Of a stretch of DNA of 64,000 bases, positions 12,472 to 25,771 are shown piece by piece. Source of the stretch: Octopus sinensis (Eukaryota); assembly GCF_006345805.1 (NCBI RefSeq), contig NW_021831866.1, positions 1-64,000 of the forward strand. Direction: 5' to 3'. A program made the translations under genes and the position numbers. Positions within the stretch are counted from its first letter, which is position 1, and the number at the start of each line of letters is the position of its first letter. The notes beneath the pieces are model-generated. The model saw only the letters and a list, made by a program, of their open reading frames with translations, did no database searches and had not been told where the DNA came from.

Positions 12472-12780
12472 CTGTTCGTCATTTGTCTTTTCTTCTAATA
12501 ATAGTTTTTACTATGCGTTGTGCTCTTATTATTTGACCAAAGTATTTAAGATTCTTCTTTTTAGTAGTTGAGGCTAATGTTTTTTAGTGTTTGCTAGTTA
12601 TACCGCTTCTTAACGATCAGGCATGGCTGTGTGGTAAGAAGTTTGCTTCGTAACCACATGGTTCTGGGTTCAGTGCCGCTGAGTAGCACCTTGCGCAAGT
12701 ACCTTCTACTATAGCTTCAGGCCGGCCAAAGCCTTGTGAGTGGGTAACCACGATGGACAGAAACTGAAAGAAGCTCATCG

Positions 12781-12814
<34 letters not shown>

Positions 12815-12840
12815 ATATATATATAATATATGTGTGGGTG

Positions 12841-12885
<45 letters not shown>

Positions 12886-12911
12886 TGTGTGTGCGTGCCT
12901 GTGTTTCTCTA

Positions 12912-13074
12912 TCATCAGGTGTCTTGCGGAAATTTCCGCAAGACACCTGATGAAGGCCGGAGGGTATATCAGCCGAAACGTTGTGTTAACAACAAACAAG
13001 ATTAGGACAAATATCCGCCAAATGTCAATAATGTAAATAATGTACATAATTCCTCATCTCTTGAATATAGAACT

Positions 13075-13075
<1 letters not shown>
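12912..13075 (+). mobile_element. 5'-truncated copy of the tRNA-head/HHR PLE-like element with a perfect 42 bp snap-back palindrome
   Basis: Perfect palindrome tcatcaggtgtcttgcggaaa|tttccgcaagacacctgatga; HHR acac-CUGAUGA-a-ggccg..cagcc-GAAACGUU-gtgt at 12943-12986; same 3' tail as the 20.9 and 60.7 kb copies. Confidence 0.85.
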
Positions 13076-13127
<52 letters not shown>

Positions 13128-13309
13128 GAAGACGGCGGGCGAAATACTTAGCAGCGTTTCGCCCGTCGCTATGTTTTGAGTTCAAATTCCGTATTTTGTC
13201 AAACTTCGGAGTGATAAAATAGATACTAGTTGTAAAGAGGGGTCGAACTGATCGACCTAACCTAACTCGTGAAATTGCAGGGCTTGTGTCAAAATTTGAA
13301 ATCAATATT

Positions 13310-14535
13310 ACAACCACGAAGCAGTAAACAGAAACACCCCCGCCACCACTACCATCGCTGCCTAGCAGCAACAGTAACAATATCACAAATATATATCTGA
13401 CCACTACCCTCACCACGGGTGCCTCCCACCACAACCTATAACTCTTACCATCACCCTCACCACCACCACTATCCTCAGATATAATCAGCAACGCCACATA
13501 CACCAAACTAAATATTAAAAAAACCCACCACCACCATTATCACCCACCCCCACTACCGCCGCCACCATTAAATTAGACTACTTCAACCGCCGCCACCACC
13601 AGCATTAATAGATTACAAATATAACTAAAAATAAATATCACCACCACCACCACCACGGTCACCGCTGTCACTTAAAACATCATTTCCACCACCATCAGCA
13701 AAACCACCACTGCCGCCGCCTCCCCTGCTGCATCTCACCACCACCATTAATACATTCAAACAGCACTAAATATAAACGGTGGTAGGGCTACTTAGCTCCG
13801 CCACTACTTAAAACACCAGCGCCACCACCACCACCAGCACCGCCGCCGCCACACCACCACCACACCACTACCACCACCGCCACCAGCATGAACACTACCT
13901 CATCGGCACACATCACAACCACCGCCAGGACATTGCTACCATCGTCGGCAACCTCACCACGACCACCACCACCGCATGCAAACCACTAAACGTAGCAGTA
14001 GTACTACCACTGCCACGATCTTACAAACTCCACCTCTAGCACAAGCGACGCAACCACTTCCATCACTAAAAAAACCCCCACAACGCCCTCCCCGCTCCCA
14101 CCTCCACAACAGTCACCACCACCACTGCAACCGAGACCACCACAACCACCTCCACTACCACCACCAACATCTTCACTGCCACCATCACCGTCACCTTCAC
14201 TGCCGCCGTTGCCATCACGACCATCACCTCCACCACCACCACGACTATCACCTCCACCACCACAACCACCACCCTCACCACCACCACTGCAGCCAATACC
14301 ACTACCACCATCATCCTCACCAACACAACCACCGCAACCACCACCGCCGCCGCCATCACGACTTCATTTTCACCATCACCGCCATCACGACCATCACCAC
14401 CACCACGCCGCCATCACGACTATCACCTCCACCATTACAAACATCACCACCACCACCACCACGCCGCCGCCGCCATCACGACCATCATCTCCATCATTAC
14501 AAGCATCACCACCACCACCACCACTACCCTCACCA
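13310..14535. repeat. Degenerate (ACC/CAC/CAT)n low-complexity tract
   Basis: Direct inspection; yields poly-H/P/T pseudo-ORFs. Confidence 0.9.
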
Positions 14536-14974
14536 GTCCTCAACGTCGACCCTGACATGAAAATGTCGACAGGCAACATAGAGCTGACCGTTAGGTACCT
14601 TATGTTAAACACGGAAACAACGACAACACGGATCCATTTCAGACAACCCGTCTTCACAAACAGAGGAACACAACACCAAAACAAACCAATAAACAAACAT
14701 AATAAATAAACAAGCATTATAAACATGGCAAGCAAATAAACAAATAAAATATGATCCTTCTTTATAGCAACCAAAATGTCTGAGTTGCCTAATTTTGCTC
14801 TTTACTAGCTACAGGACTGGGGCTTACATTACCATATAATGTATGACACACACACGCGTGTATGTGGGTATATATATTTATATGCGTATATGTATGCATG
14901 TGTGTGCACGTATATTCGTATATGTGTACAGACACACACACATATATACACATGCGTGCAAGTGGGTACATATG

Positions 14975-15005
<31 letters not shown>

Positions 15006-15137
15006 TATGTATGTATGTATGTATGTACGTGTATGTATATTCATATATGTGTATAGACACACACACATATCTATACATCATACATACAAACTGTATTAGA
15101 AATAAGTGTATAATGCCATGCAGCCTTGTCTCCAGTA

Positions 15138-15187
<50 letters not shown>

Positions 15188-15234
15188 AATGATATATGTA
15201 TATATATAAATAATATATATAATATATATATATA

Positions 15235-16004
15235 GACGCAGGAGTGGCTGTATGGTAAGTACCTTATGGCGGCGTGGTGGCAGAAACGTAACACGCCGGG
15301 CGAAATGCTTAGCGGTATTTCGTCTGCCGCTACGTTCTGAGTTCAAATTCTGCCGAGGTCGACTTTGTCTTTCATCCTTTCGGGTTCGATAAATTAAGTA
15401 GCAGTGACGCACTGGAATCGATGTAATCGACTTAATCCGTTTGTCTGTCCTTGTTTGTCCCTCTGTGTTTAGCCCCTTGTGGGTAGTAAAGAACTAGGTA
15501 TTTCGTCTGCCACTACGTTCTGAGTTCATATTCCGCCAAGGTCGACTTTGCCTTTTATCCTTTCGGGTTTGATAAATTAAATACCAGTTATGCACTGGGG
15601 TCGATGTAATCGACTTAATCCCTTTGTCTGTCCTTGTTTGTCTCCTCTATGTTTAGCACCCTGTAGGCAATAAAGAAATAAGTAGCTTGCTTACCAACCA
15701 CATGGTCCCAGGTTCAGTCCCACTGCGTGGCAACTTGGGCAAGTGTCTTCTACTATAGCCTCGGGCCAACCAACGCCCTGTGAGTGGCTTTGGGAGACGT
15801 GTGTATATGTGTTTATGTTTGTGTGTCTGTATTTGTCCCCCCAACATCGCTTGACAATATTACAACCACGAACTTAGCGGTTCGGCAATAGAGACCGATA
15901 GAATAAGTACTGGGCTTACAAAGAATAAGTCCTGAGGTCGATTTGCTCGACTAAAGGCGGTGCCCCAGCATGGCCGCAGTCAAATGACTGAAACAAGTAA
16001 AGGA
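15235..16004 (+). mobile_element. CORE-like tRNA SINE (family A) interrupted by a dimeric family B SINE
   Basis: Head gacgcaggagtggctgtatggtaagta breaks at ~15262 and resumes at ~15679 (taagtagcttgcttaccaacc); taagta is duplicated on both sides; tail ggccgcagtcaaatgactgaaacaagtaaa. Confidence 0.88.
15268..15680 (+). mobile_element. Meta-domain-like tRNA SINE (family B) with two tandem body units
   Basis: B-box gagttcaaattc; gactttgcctttcatcctttcggggtcgataaattaagtacc resembles the MetaSINE central domain as I recall it. Confidence 0.85.
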
Positions 16005-16183
16005 ATTATATATATATAAATATAAGCATGTGTTGTACGTATATGTATGTATCTGTATATATATATATGTGTGTGTGTGTGTATTCATATATACACATAC
16101 GTGTGCACATACATATATACATATATTCATGCACACACACATATGTACATGCTCATACATATACAGATATACATGTGTGCATG

Positions 16184-17398
16184 TACGATGTTGAACTGAC
16201 ACAACGTTGTTCAAAATTCCACGTTTGATAGAAAATCTTTTCCTTTATTCACTTGGGTTACTCAAGATAATATGCCCCACATTTGCGCCATCTTTTCACG
16301 CAACTCTGGAAGCTTCTTCGAAAAACAAAATTCTGATTCACGCTGCTGTAGCCACTTCTTCACAACCACTTTTACTTTTTGTTATGAAATCATTGTCCCT
16401 TAACACTGTTCTTTACTGGACCGAGGGCATCAGATCCACGTAATACGATGACAGGGCGATAACTCACCCACACTATTCGCTGTTTGCGTGTTTTGCTACC
16501 AAAGATGTGCGTTATTGCACATTGTTATGGTGAATATAGACCAGGTTTCAAATTCTTATTAGAACTCTTTCATGTAACGGCTTCTCTAAGCTTTTTGAGA
16601 GTTTCAATGTATCACTCGCCCACTGCTCACCGCACAGCCATGTTCTAAAAGCGCAAGGAGAATGAGGCCCACGTCGTCCCTAAATTGTTACCACGCCTTC
16701 TTTTGCCGATCTTAGGCTTTTGTGCTTCTTGCGCATTGGAGAAAAGGTGCAACTGTATTTCATAGAACGAACCATTATTTTCTGGATCATAAAGATGCTG
16801 CTACATTTCATCTGTCACCAGATCCGAAACGTATTTTCATTGGCTTAATTATTTCCAGGAGGTCAGAGCAAACATTCATCACTTTCTCCTTTTATACGTG
16901 TATCAACAGCCGAGGTACCCACTTTATATACACAGCCCAACACCCAAAGTCTTCTACTATCGTCTGCCATGCCTTGTGACCTCAGTCCAGTTGTGCAGTA
17001 AGACCATGGATTAAAATTCATCTGTAAACGCGAATCCATTCGTCCATTTGCTGGCGATTCGTGCTAGTGGTCACAGTCGATGGATTTTCTTCAATACTGG
17101 TTTCCCCTTCTTTTTAACATCATCCATCTTTGCATTTCGTTCTTGTCAATGGTGACAACTCCGAAAGTCACCTTATGACCTTCCGCAGAGGTCGGACAGC
17201 TTGTAGCCCCCACTGCGTCAAGAATACAATGTTGGCTCGTTGCTTTTGTGTGGAACCCATTGTTTTCCCAGAACGAAGAACGCGAAGAAGAGTTACTGCA
17301 GAGAAAGAATTACTTAACCAACATATGCAGTTTGAACGACTTATATCAAGTAAAAAGTTACGCCCAGTTTTACGTTACTTTCAGTAGTCCTCATGTAT
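16184..17398 (-). mobile_element. Decayed mariner-like transposon
   Basis: About 1.2 kb bounded by tacga../..tcatgta; minus-strand LVTDE-like remnant near 16810-16825; heavily degenerate. Confidence 0.4.
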
Positions 17399-17614
17399 GG
17401 GGTTCAGTTTCTCCTACGCTGCTCTACCAAGCCTACATATTTGTTCTGTCTATCTACCCATCTATCTATCTATCTATCTATCTATCTTCCCCAAAAGAAA
17501 AGCTCTACTTTGTATTTTGACTCCTCTGTGTTCAGCCCTGTGTGGCCAATAAAGAAACACATCTCTCTCTCCACCCATCTGTCTGTCTGTCTATCTATTC
17601 CCATCTATCTACCC

Positions 17615-17648
<34 letters not shown>

Positions 17649-18031
17649 GCACATACAAACACATAAATAACAAAACCAAAATTCCATACGCACCCTTTCT
17701 CTTTATATATTCGTTAACATCCCTTTTACTAACAAGACATATTTTGGACATTACTTAGAAAGGAGCCTTTGTTTTCTGCACACAGAAAGATAAGAATTGT
17801 TTCTAATTTTTCTTTACGTCTATTGATTTCCAAACATACTAACAGTCTGCTTGCCTTTTAATCATAAGTTCGCCAGAGCTTTATGTTTCTGCTATTCTTT
17901 TTCAACCTAGTTTCTTTGATATTGTTGCAGTTATTACAATCGTTGTGGTTAAGTCTTCTTGTTGCTGTATTGATGGACAAGGATACTTCTAAGAGCTCCC
18001 AGTCTGTCTGTCTGTCTGTCTGTCTGTCTGC

Positions 18032-18118
<87 letters not shown>

Positions 18119-18771
18119 CCTATCCATCTATCTTTGATACACCGTACATAGTTTTAAGTTAACTAGCCAGCTACCTGTCTGGCTAGCTGACATTTTCGTC
18201 GTAACGTTACTCGCCGGAAACAGGCGAATGTCTCGATGATATATATCGAGTTTCTGTCGTGGCATATAAAGACAGTTTTGCAAAGATCTGCAATCATGCA
18301 TGTTATAGTTTGTAATTGAAATGCAAGTTAGATGTGACAGACAACGCTTGCAGTACAACTGACAGCGAAACACAAAACAAACGGCTTGTTTCCAGCGATG
18401 GAGGCCTGCTAGTGATAGAGGGTGCAGTTCACTTGCAGTTGCAATGGCGTTTCGTTCGCTTGATGCAAGTCCGTAGACGTAGACATGATACGTGCACGTG
18501 TATTGTTATGCAAGTGTGTGTGTGCGCGCGTGAGAGAAAGAGAGAGAAAGAGGGGTAGGAAAAGAAAGAAGGGGGGAAACCATATCTACATACATACGCA
18601 TGTTCATATGTGTGTGCGTGCGTATATATATATATATAATATATATATATATATATACATATATGTATACATATATGTGTAAATATATGTGTATATATAT
18701 ATATATACAATGTATATATATATATATATAATATATATATATATACATATATGTATACATATATGTGTAAA

Positions 18772-18805
<34 letters not shown>

Positions 18806-18972
18806 CTAAGCAATAAGGGTTTAGCAACGAGTGCCTTACCACATACCGAATTTAGAAATAGCAGTCAAAGGGTTATAGCTTTCTTCTACAAAAAAGGGAG
18901 ATCTCAGTAAAAATATATATATATTATATATATATATATATATATACATATATGTATACATATATGTGTAAA

Positions 18973-19022
<50 letters not shown>

Positions 19023-20427
19023 TACGTATGTAAATGTATGCGTGTATACACACATACACAAATATTTTCCATATAGATAAGTAATCTATATATACATACA
19101 TATCTTCTAATGTCTATCTATCGATCTATCTATCCATTGATTCACCAATCTATCAACCATTTTGTGTCTATACACAGCGTGCACACAGGCACACAAAAAA
19201 CACACCCACACAAATGTACAGATAGATAGATAGATAGATAGATAGAGAGAGAGAGTGAAAGAGACTATAGGTGAGAAAGATGCATACATATGCATATTCT
19301 TCAATGTGTGTGTGTGTGTTTGAATGTAGTATAAACGTGACGTTCAGTTATTCACCGAAACCTGGAAACGTGTTCTAACTGAATGTACGTGGTCATGTGA
19401 CCGTTTCTTTCTTTTCTTTTCTACTTTGTTTTTTGTTGCTGTGTCTATTTGTGCGCATGTCAGCATGTCTATGTGTTTGTTTTAACATTTGTTTGTTGGG
19501 AGATGGTGGTGGTGGTGGTGGTGGCATATTTGTCGTTGGCACTAACGTGTATATAAACTTGTGTGTACATGTATGTATATAGGTATGTGTATGTGCGCCT
19601 CTCTAAGTGCATATACTAAAGTGTGTGTGTGTGTGTGTGTGTGTGTCTGCATGTGTAGGAGATTGAGGGTGTTAGTGTGCGTGTGTGTGTGTGAACTAGA
19701 GTGAATATGTGTACGAGACTGAATTTAAATGTGTACTAGTGTGTGTATATGTATGTATTAGACTGAATGTGTACGTGACTGAGACTGAGTGTGTGTAAGA
19801 GAATATGTGTATGTGTGTGCAAGAGTGTGTGTGTGTAGTGTATTTGTGTGTCTGTTCGTGCGTACGCATATTATAATGTTTGATTAGATATATTTATGTT
19901 TTTCTTTCAAGGCCGTAGTAAGAAAACACAACAACTGTCTAGTGTTTCTGAAACACACACACGCACACACACATACGTACATACACTTGCAGACATGCAC
20001 ATGTACACATATAGATACTTAAACACACACACACACACACATACACGCATGCGCGCGCGGAAACCTTTTGTACACATGCTAACACGGAAAAATAAAACAA
20101 AGACACCAACAACTGAAAAACTGAGGAATATACTACTACTACTACTACTACTACTACTAAGTAGTAGTAGTTGTAGTAATAGTAGCGTTATCTTGAGGCA
20201 TTGGCGCTCCGGGCATTTGCCCGTGGGGCTCCAATGGTCCAGCTCAGTGCTACTCAAAGCGAGCCATCAGCTGCCGGTACGCGGTGAGTTTCCAGAAAAG
20301 AAAGAAACGTTATAAAATGCTTATAAAATACTTATGTAATATTGTATTATTTGTTTACAAAATACATATAAAATTTTTTTTAAATTGTCAACTTTTATTA
20401 TATTCATTATATATAGTGTTTATTAGT

Positions 20428-20568
20428 TACATTATTTAAATTTGACGGATATTTGTCCTCATCTTGTTTGTTGTTAACGCAACGTTTCGGCTGATATACC
20501 CTCCTGCCTTCATCAGGTGTCTTGCGGAAATTTCGAACCTGGGTTCTCATTCCTAAGGTATTTTTCGA

Positions 20569-20602
<34 letters not shown>

Positions 20603-20920
20603 ATCATCATCATTATTATTCAGGTCACTGCCTGGAATCGAACTCGGAATCTTGGGGGTTAGTAGCGCGGCGTAGTGGTTAAGAGCACGGGCTTCTAACC
20701 CCAAGATTCCGAGTTCGATTCCAGGGAGTGACCTGAAGGATAATAAAAATATCGAAAAATACCTTAGGAATGAGAACCTAGGTTCGAAATTTCTCCAAGA
20801 CACATGATGAAGGCTGGAGGGGATGTCAGGCGAAACGTTGTGTTAACAAACAAGATGAGGACAAATATCCGGCAAATATAAATAATGTACATAATTCCTC
20901 ATCTCTTAAATATAGAACTG
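20428..20920. mobile_element. Inverted dimer of a tRNA-headed, hammerhead-bearing PLE-like element
   Basis: 20428-20666 is the reverse complement of ~20691-20891. The plus arm starts with a tRNA-like head (A-box tagtggttaag, B-box gagttcgattcc at 20711-20722). HHRs at 20477-20520 (-) and 20800-20843 (+); unpaired 3' tail to 20920. Confidence 0.88.
20477..20520 (-). ncRNA. Minimal type I hammerhead ribozyme motif
   Basis: acac-CUGAUGA-a-ggcag-gagggtatat-cagcc-GAAACGUU-gcgt; core intact, one mismatch each in stems I and II. Confidence 0.7.
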
Positions 20921-21135
20921 TATATATATTGTTTCAGGTTTGAATTAATATTACCGGTCCCTGGCACATTGGAAAAAAAAACTGCCTGTACGCCCCACCC
21001 GATAGATTGAGAAGCATTAGTCTAGAGGTCCCAATGCAAACCTATGTTGCAATGTCTACAGTGATCCCAGGACGTGGCTTTACCGGGGGACTAACAGTGC
21101 TGGTGAGAGGCCCTGATTATTATTATTATTCTTAA

Positions 21136-22420
21136 AGGTGGCGAGCTGGCAGAATCGTTAGCATGCCGGGCAAAATGTTTAGTGGTATTTCGTCCTTCTT
21201 CACGTTCTGAGTTCAAATTCCGTCGAGGTCAACTTAGCCTTTCATCATTTCGGGGTCGATAAAATAAGTACCAGTTGAGCACTGGAGTCGATGTAATCAA
21301 CTTAACCCTCCTCCGAAATTACTGGATTTGTGCCAAAAATTGAAACCTTCTTATAATTGAGTCGGCGATCTGGCAGAAACGTTAGCATGCTGGGCGAAAT
21401 GCTTAGCGGTATTTCGTCTGCCGTTACGTTCTGAGTTCAAATTCCGCCGAGGTCGACTTTGCTTTTCATCCTTTTGGGGGGGTTGATAGATTAAGTACCA
21501 GTTACGCACTGGGGTCGATATAATCGACTTAATCCGTGTATCTATCCTTGTTTGTCCTCTCTGTGTTTAGCCCCTTGTGGGTTGTAAAGAAATAGGTATT
21601 TCGTCTGTTTTTACGTTCTGAGTTCAAATTCCGCCGAAGTCGACTTTGCCTTTCATCCTTTCGGGGTCGATTAGATAAGCACCAGTTACGCATTGGGGTC
21701 GATATAATCGATCCGTTTGTCTGTCCTTGTTTGTCCCCTCTGTGTGTAGCCCCTTCTGGGTAGTAAAGAAATAGGTATTTCATCCTGCGTTCAAATTCCG
21801 CCGAGGATTTTTTTCTTTATTTGGTTTCAGTCATCAGATTGGGGCCATGCTAGGACACCACACGGGAGCATTTTTACTTGAATGCATAAACTCCAGTACT
21901 TACTTTTTTAAAACCCTTGTACTTATTCTATAGGTGTCATTTGCCTAACCGCTAGATAACAGGGACGTAAACACACCGTCACCGGTTGTTGAGCGATGGT
22001 GGGTGACAAGCACAGACAGACACACACACATACGACGGGCTTCTTTCAGTTTCTTATTTCTTTATTGCCCACAAGGGGCTAAACATAAGGGGACAAACAA
22101 GGACAGACAAAGGGATTAAGTCGATTACATCAACCTCTGTGCGTCACTGGTACTTAATTCATCGACCCGGAAAGGATGAATGGCAAAGTCGACCTCGGCG
22201 GAATTTGAACTCAGAACGTAACGGCAGACGAAATACGGCTTCGCATTTCGCCCGGCGTGCTAACGTTTCTGCCAGCTCGCCACCTTCCTTTTTTCAGTTT
22301 CTGTCGACTAAATCCACTCACGAGGCTTTGGTTGGCTGTAGGCTATAACAGAAGATACTTGCCTAACGTGCAACTGAACTTAGAAGCACGTGGCTCGAAA
22401 GCAAACTTATCATACAGCCA
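21136..22420. mobile_element. SINE cluster: family B copies (plus strand, partly multimeric) and a minus-strand family A copy with a nested family B copy
   Basis: Family B at 21136-21345, 21360-21810 and 22055-22285 (-); family A pieces at 21815-22055 and 22290-22420 (-). Confidence 0.85.
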
Positions 22421-23543
22421 AAAGCTTTGTCTGCGCGTCACGTAGCATAGACGCCATTAAATACCGAGTTATTGTATCTGGTGTAGATAAACGGAAGATG
22501 TGCACATCATGAGATAGGCATCAATGTAAGTGTATTAAACATTGTACAGACGTTATTGCATAACAACCTGGTTTGTATATTGTGTTGCAAGGATGTGGTA
22601 TGCGTGTGGCTGCGTTTGAATGATGTAACAACATCTTGCAAACACATAACTGTGACTCTTATTTCGCCGCACAAATAATATTTTCGGGTTGGTCACGAAT
22701 TAGAATGTTTCAACAACAAATCAACACAATTGAAAGAATAATTCCGTAGCATTCATAAATAGTTGATTACAAAAGCTCTGTACTTAAGCTCGCCAAAACG
22801 GCCAAATATAGCGACTTAATCAGGTTGAGTAAAAGGTGTGAAAACAATCATTGTAAAAGGTAATAGTGTGTGGACCTGGAGCGTGGGTTACCCCACACTA
22901 AAGGTTGGCGCCAAAAACGTGTTTTTTTTTGTAATCCTTGTATCGGAACGTTCCAGAAGGATCTAGAATGATCTATCACATAGAGTGTGGTTGCTGATAG
23001 ATCAATAACTCGGCCTAACACAGGAAGAAGTCGAAGCTGTGCCATGATCTAAATGTCGCAATCTGATCACCTGGTTTCCAGTCTTGCTACAATAACATAC
23101 TATAAATGCTGTTGCATGCCAGCGTTGTATATCACGTGGTATATAGCGGGTGGCGAGTTGGATGAATCGTTTGAGCGACAGACAAACTACTTCGTGGTAT
23201 TTGTCCCGAGGTTCTGTGCCCTGAGTTCGAATCCCACCGAGGTCAACTTTGCTTTTCATCCTTTCGGAGTCGATAAAAATGTACCAATGCATCACCGTTT
23301 ATACGATTATCAAAACGTGCCGTCCTATCGCAGGGTTTAGTTTATTAGTTATAAAATGCAGCACCGGTTATACGATCAGCAAAATGGATTCTCGGATTTG
23401 AGAATAAAATTTATTAGTTACTGTACTTCTTCATTAGTGATTAAATGCAGCTCTGCTACGATTGGGTCACTAACGTGAACTAGTCTGTTTGGAAGTGAAG
23501 AGCATTGGCTGTCAAATAGAAATTAAGTTTATTTTATAACTGT

Positions 23544-23867
23544 GAAGGTGCGTGTCTCAGTGGTTAGTGTATTCCGCGCATAATCGTAAGGTCGTGAGCT
23601 CGATTTCCGGTTACACGTTGCATCCTTGAGCAAGACACTTTATTTCACATTGCTCCAGTCCAGCCAACTGGCATAAATGAGTTGTACTTGTATTTGAAAG
23701 GGCCAACCTCGTCACATTCTGTGTCACGCTGAATCCTGCATAGAACTACGTTAAAGTTACGCGTGCCTGTGGAGTGCTCAACCACTTGGACGTTAATCAC
23801 ACGAGCAGGCTTATCCGTTGATCGGATTAACTCGAACCCTCGTTGTCGTAACCGACAGAGTACCAGT
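23544..23867 (+). mobile_element. CORE-like tRNA SINE (family E)
   Basis: A-box ctcagtggttag, CORE-like ccttgagcaagacactt; the same family occurs at 33605-33905 (-) and its tail at 1-60. Confidence 0.8.
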
Positions 23868-24371
23868 ATTTGCTTTCTTAGTTCATTACTTAGAATAAGC
23901 TCGTCCAGCGACAAGCTGCGAACCCGCAAACTCTACGTTGAATGTCAGAAATCCTTCCCAACTGGTTACCTAAATTCTCTTATTCGATTACAATTCACTC
24001 AACCTCCTAGACCTCCCCCACTCTACAAAATCACACGGCACAGCCTATTCTTCATAACCTACCCATGTAACAACATTCTTCCATTGGCCCTTAATTTTTT
24101 ATGTCTCTGACACACGGTTTGGGTAATTGCAACCATTTTCAGCACCCGCTTTACTTAGAAGAAAACTTTATAAAAGGACCTTCCTTCCCTCCTTCCTTTC
24201 TTAACCCTCTTAAACATCTCTTTGCTTATCATGTGAATATATCCATGGACCTGTTCTAACATGATTGTGGCAATATGAGTGCAGGTAAATGTAATTATAC
24301 ATGTGTGTATTTATAATTACATAAGTATATATAATTATACATAAGTGTTCATATTATATATATATATATAT

Positions 24372-24488
24372 ACACACAAACACGTTTATGGCCCTTCTGG
24401 TATGTCTTTCTATTTCCTGTCTCCCGTTTTAAATATCTCTCTAACTTTCTCTCTTTCACTCTTTTCTCTCCATGTGTGTATGTGTTAT

Positions 24489-24529
<41 letters not shown>

Positions 24530-24626
24530 ACATATACACATGGAAAGAGAAAAGAAAAAGAGTGAAAGAAAGAGGAGAGAGGAAATAGAAAGACATACTT
24601 GATGGGCCATAAACGTGTGTGTGTGT
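24372..24626. repeat. Inverted repeat flanking a (CA)n(TA)n spacer
   Basis: cacgtttatggccc..gtatgtctttctatttcct..tccatgtgt versus acacatgga..aggaaatagaaagacatac..gggccataaacgtg. Confidence 0.8.
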
Positions 24627-24656
24627 ACGTACATATACATACATACATACATACAT

Positions 24657-24730
<74 letters not shown>

Positions 24731-24899
24731 CGATAGAAATCTCCAGTGGTAAGACTCTGGAATTTACACATTGTTCAAGCTTCTATTTCCATTTCACATA
24801 ACGCTAATGGTACTACTGAAGAATCAGAAAATCAGAACTTAAATGTAAATGCAAACACCCGAGAAACAATCCTTTAGATTATATATATATATGCACACA

Positions 24900-25200
24900 C
24901 AAAGTATGGGGATTTAGTTCACAGGTGATCTAAACGATTAGGTACGCTAGGTAAGTGGTGTAACGGATCACTAGGGCTCCGAGGTTATAGCCTACACGGT
25001 AGTTATGGAGCCATTGCAGAATTCCGATGCAGCGAATATTATTGTTAAAGAGGACAACAAACGTTAAGGCAAGGCAAGTGTCTCAAGTCGTATACAAAAT
25101 TTTTATTGGAAAAAAATAAGTTTTTCCAATAATAATAATGATATTGTATACAACTTGAGATGTTTGCCTTGCCTTAATGTTTGTTGTCCTTCTTAACAAT
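24900..25200. repeat. Fold-back element (arms 25041-25200); internally deleted relative at 43157-43223
   Basis: attgttaaagaggacaacaaacgttaaggcaaggcaag..ctcaagtcgtatacaa pairs with ttgtatacaacttgag..ttgccttgccttaatgtttgttgtccttcttaacaat. Confidence 0.8.
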
Positions 25201-25242
<42 letters not shown>

Positions 25243-25604
25243 GAGAGAGAGAGAGAGAGAGGGAGAGAGAGTGTGTGTCATTATGAGTTCATTATCATTT
25301 GCATTTTTGTCAGATGAATAGTGGCAGACTAGCAGAGTCGGTAGAGCATTGGGCAGAATGTCTTGCGATATTCGTTTATGTCACTCACGGTTTGTGGATT
25401 CAAATTTCACCGAAGTCGTCTATACCTTCTCCTTTTCCTGGAGTCAATAATGTGAAGTACCAGTCATGCCCTGGGTTGTATGTAAATAACTGTGCGACTT
25501 CTCGTTCTCACCAAAATTATGGAACTGTTGTATTAAGGTTAGAAACAATTATTTTGTCACAAAGTGTAATTTGGTACCCATAACAAGTAGATGGACATAC
25601 GTAT

Positions 25605-25635
<31 letters not shown>

Positions 25636-25771
25636 GACATATACACGAAAATACACACCCAAATGCATACATACACACATACACACATACACAGGCATTC
25701 ACGCGAAAGCATGCACGCACGTTTACACACACACCCACCCACACATATATACATACAAAAATAAAAGGTAA

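Larger units (their letters stand above)
20245..21019. mobile_element. hAT-like MITE hosting the palindromic HHR element
   Basis: TIRs cagtgctactcaa / ttgagaagcatta; imperfect 8 bp TSD gtccagct / gtctagag. Confidence 0.55.

Noticed and set aside
13976-14774. His/Pro/Thr-rich ORFs resembling extensin or mucin
   Set aside because: Degenerate (ACC)n tract that is open in multiple frames; no splice or domain support.
19326-19378. Hairpin acgttcagtta/taactgaatgt as a miRNA
   Set aside because: Only ~11 contiguous pairs, too short for a pre-miRNA stem.
20665-20735. Functional tRNA gene
   Set aside because: No convincing acceptor stem, the anticodon differs between copies (TCT vs ACT), and it is embedded in a repeat; treated as a SINE-type head.
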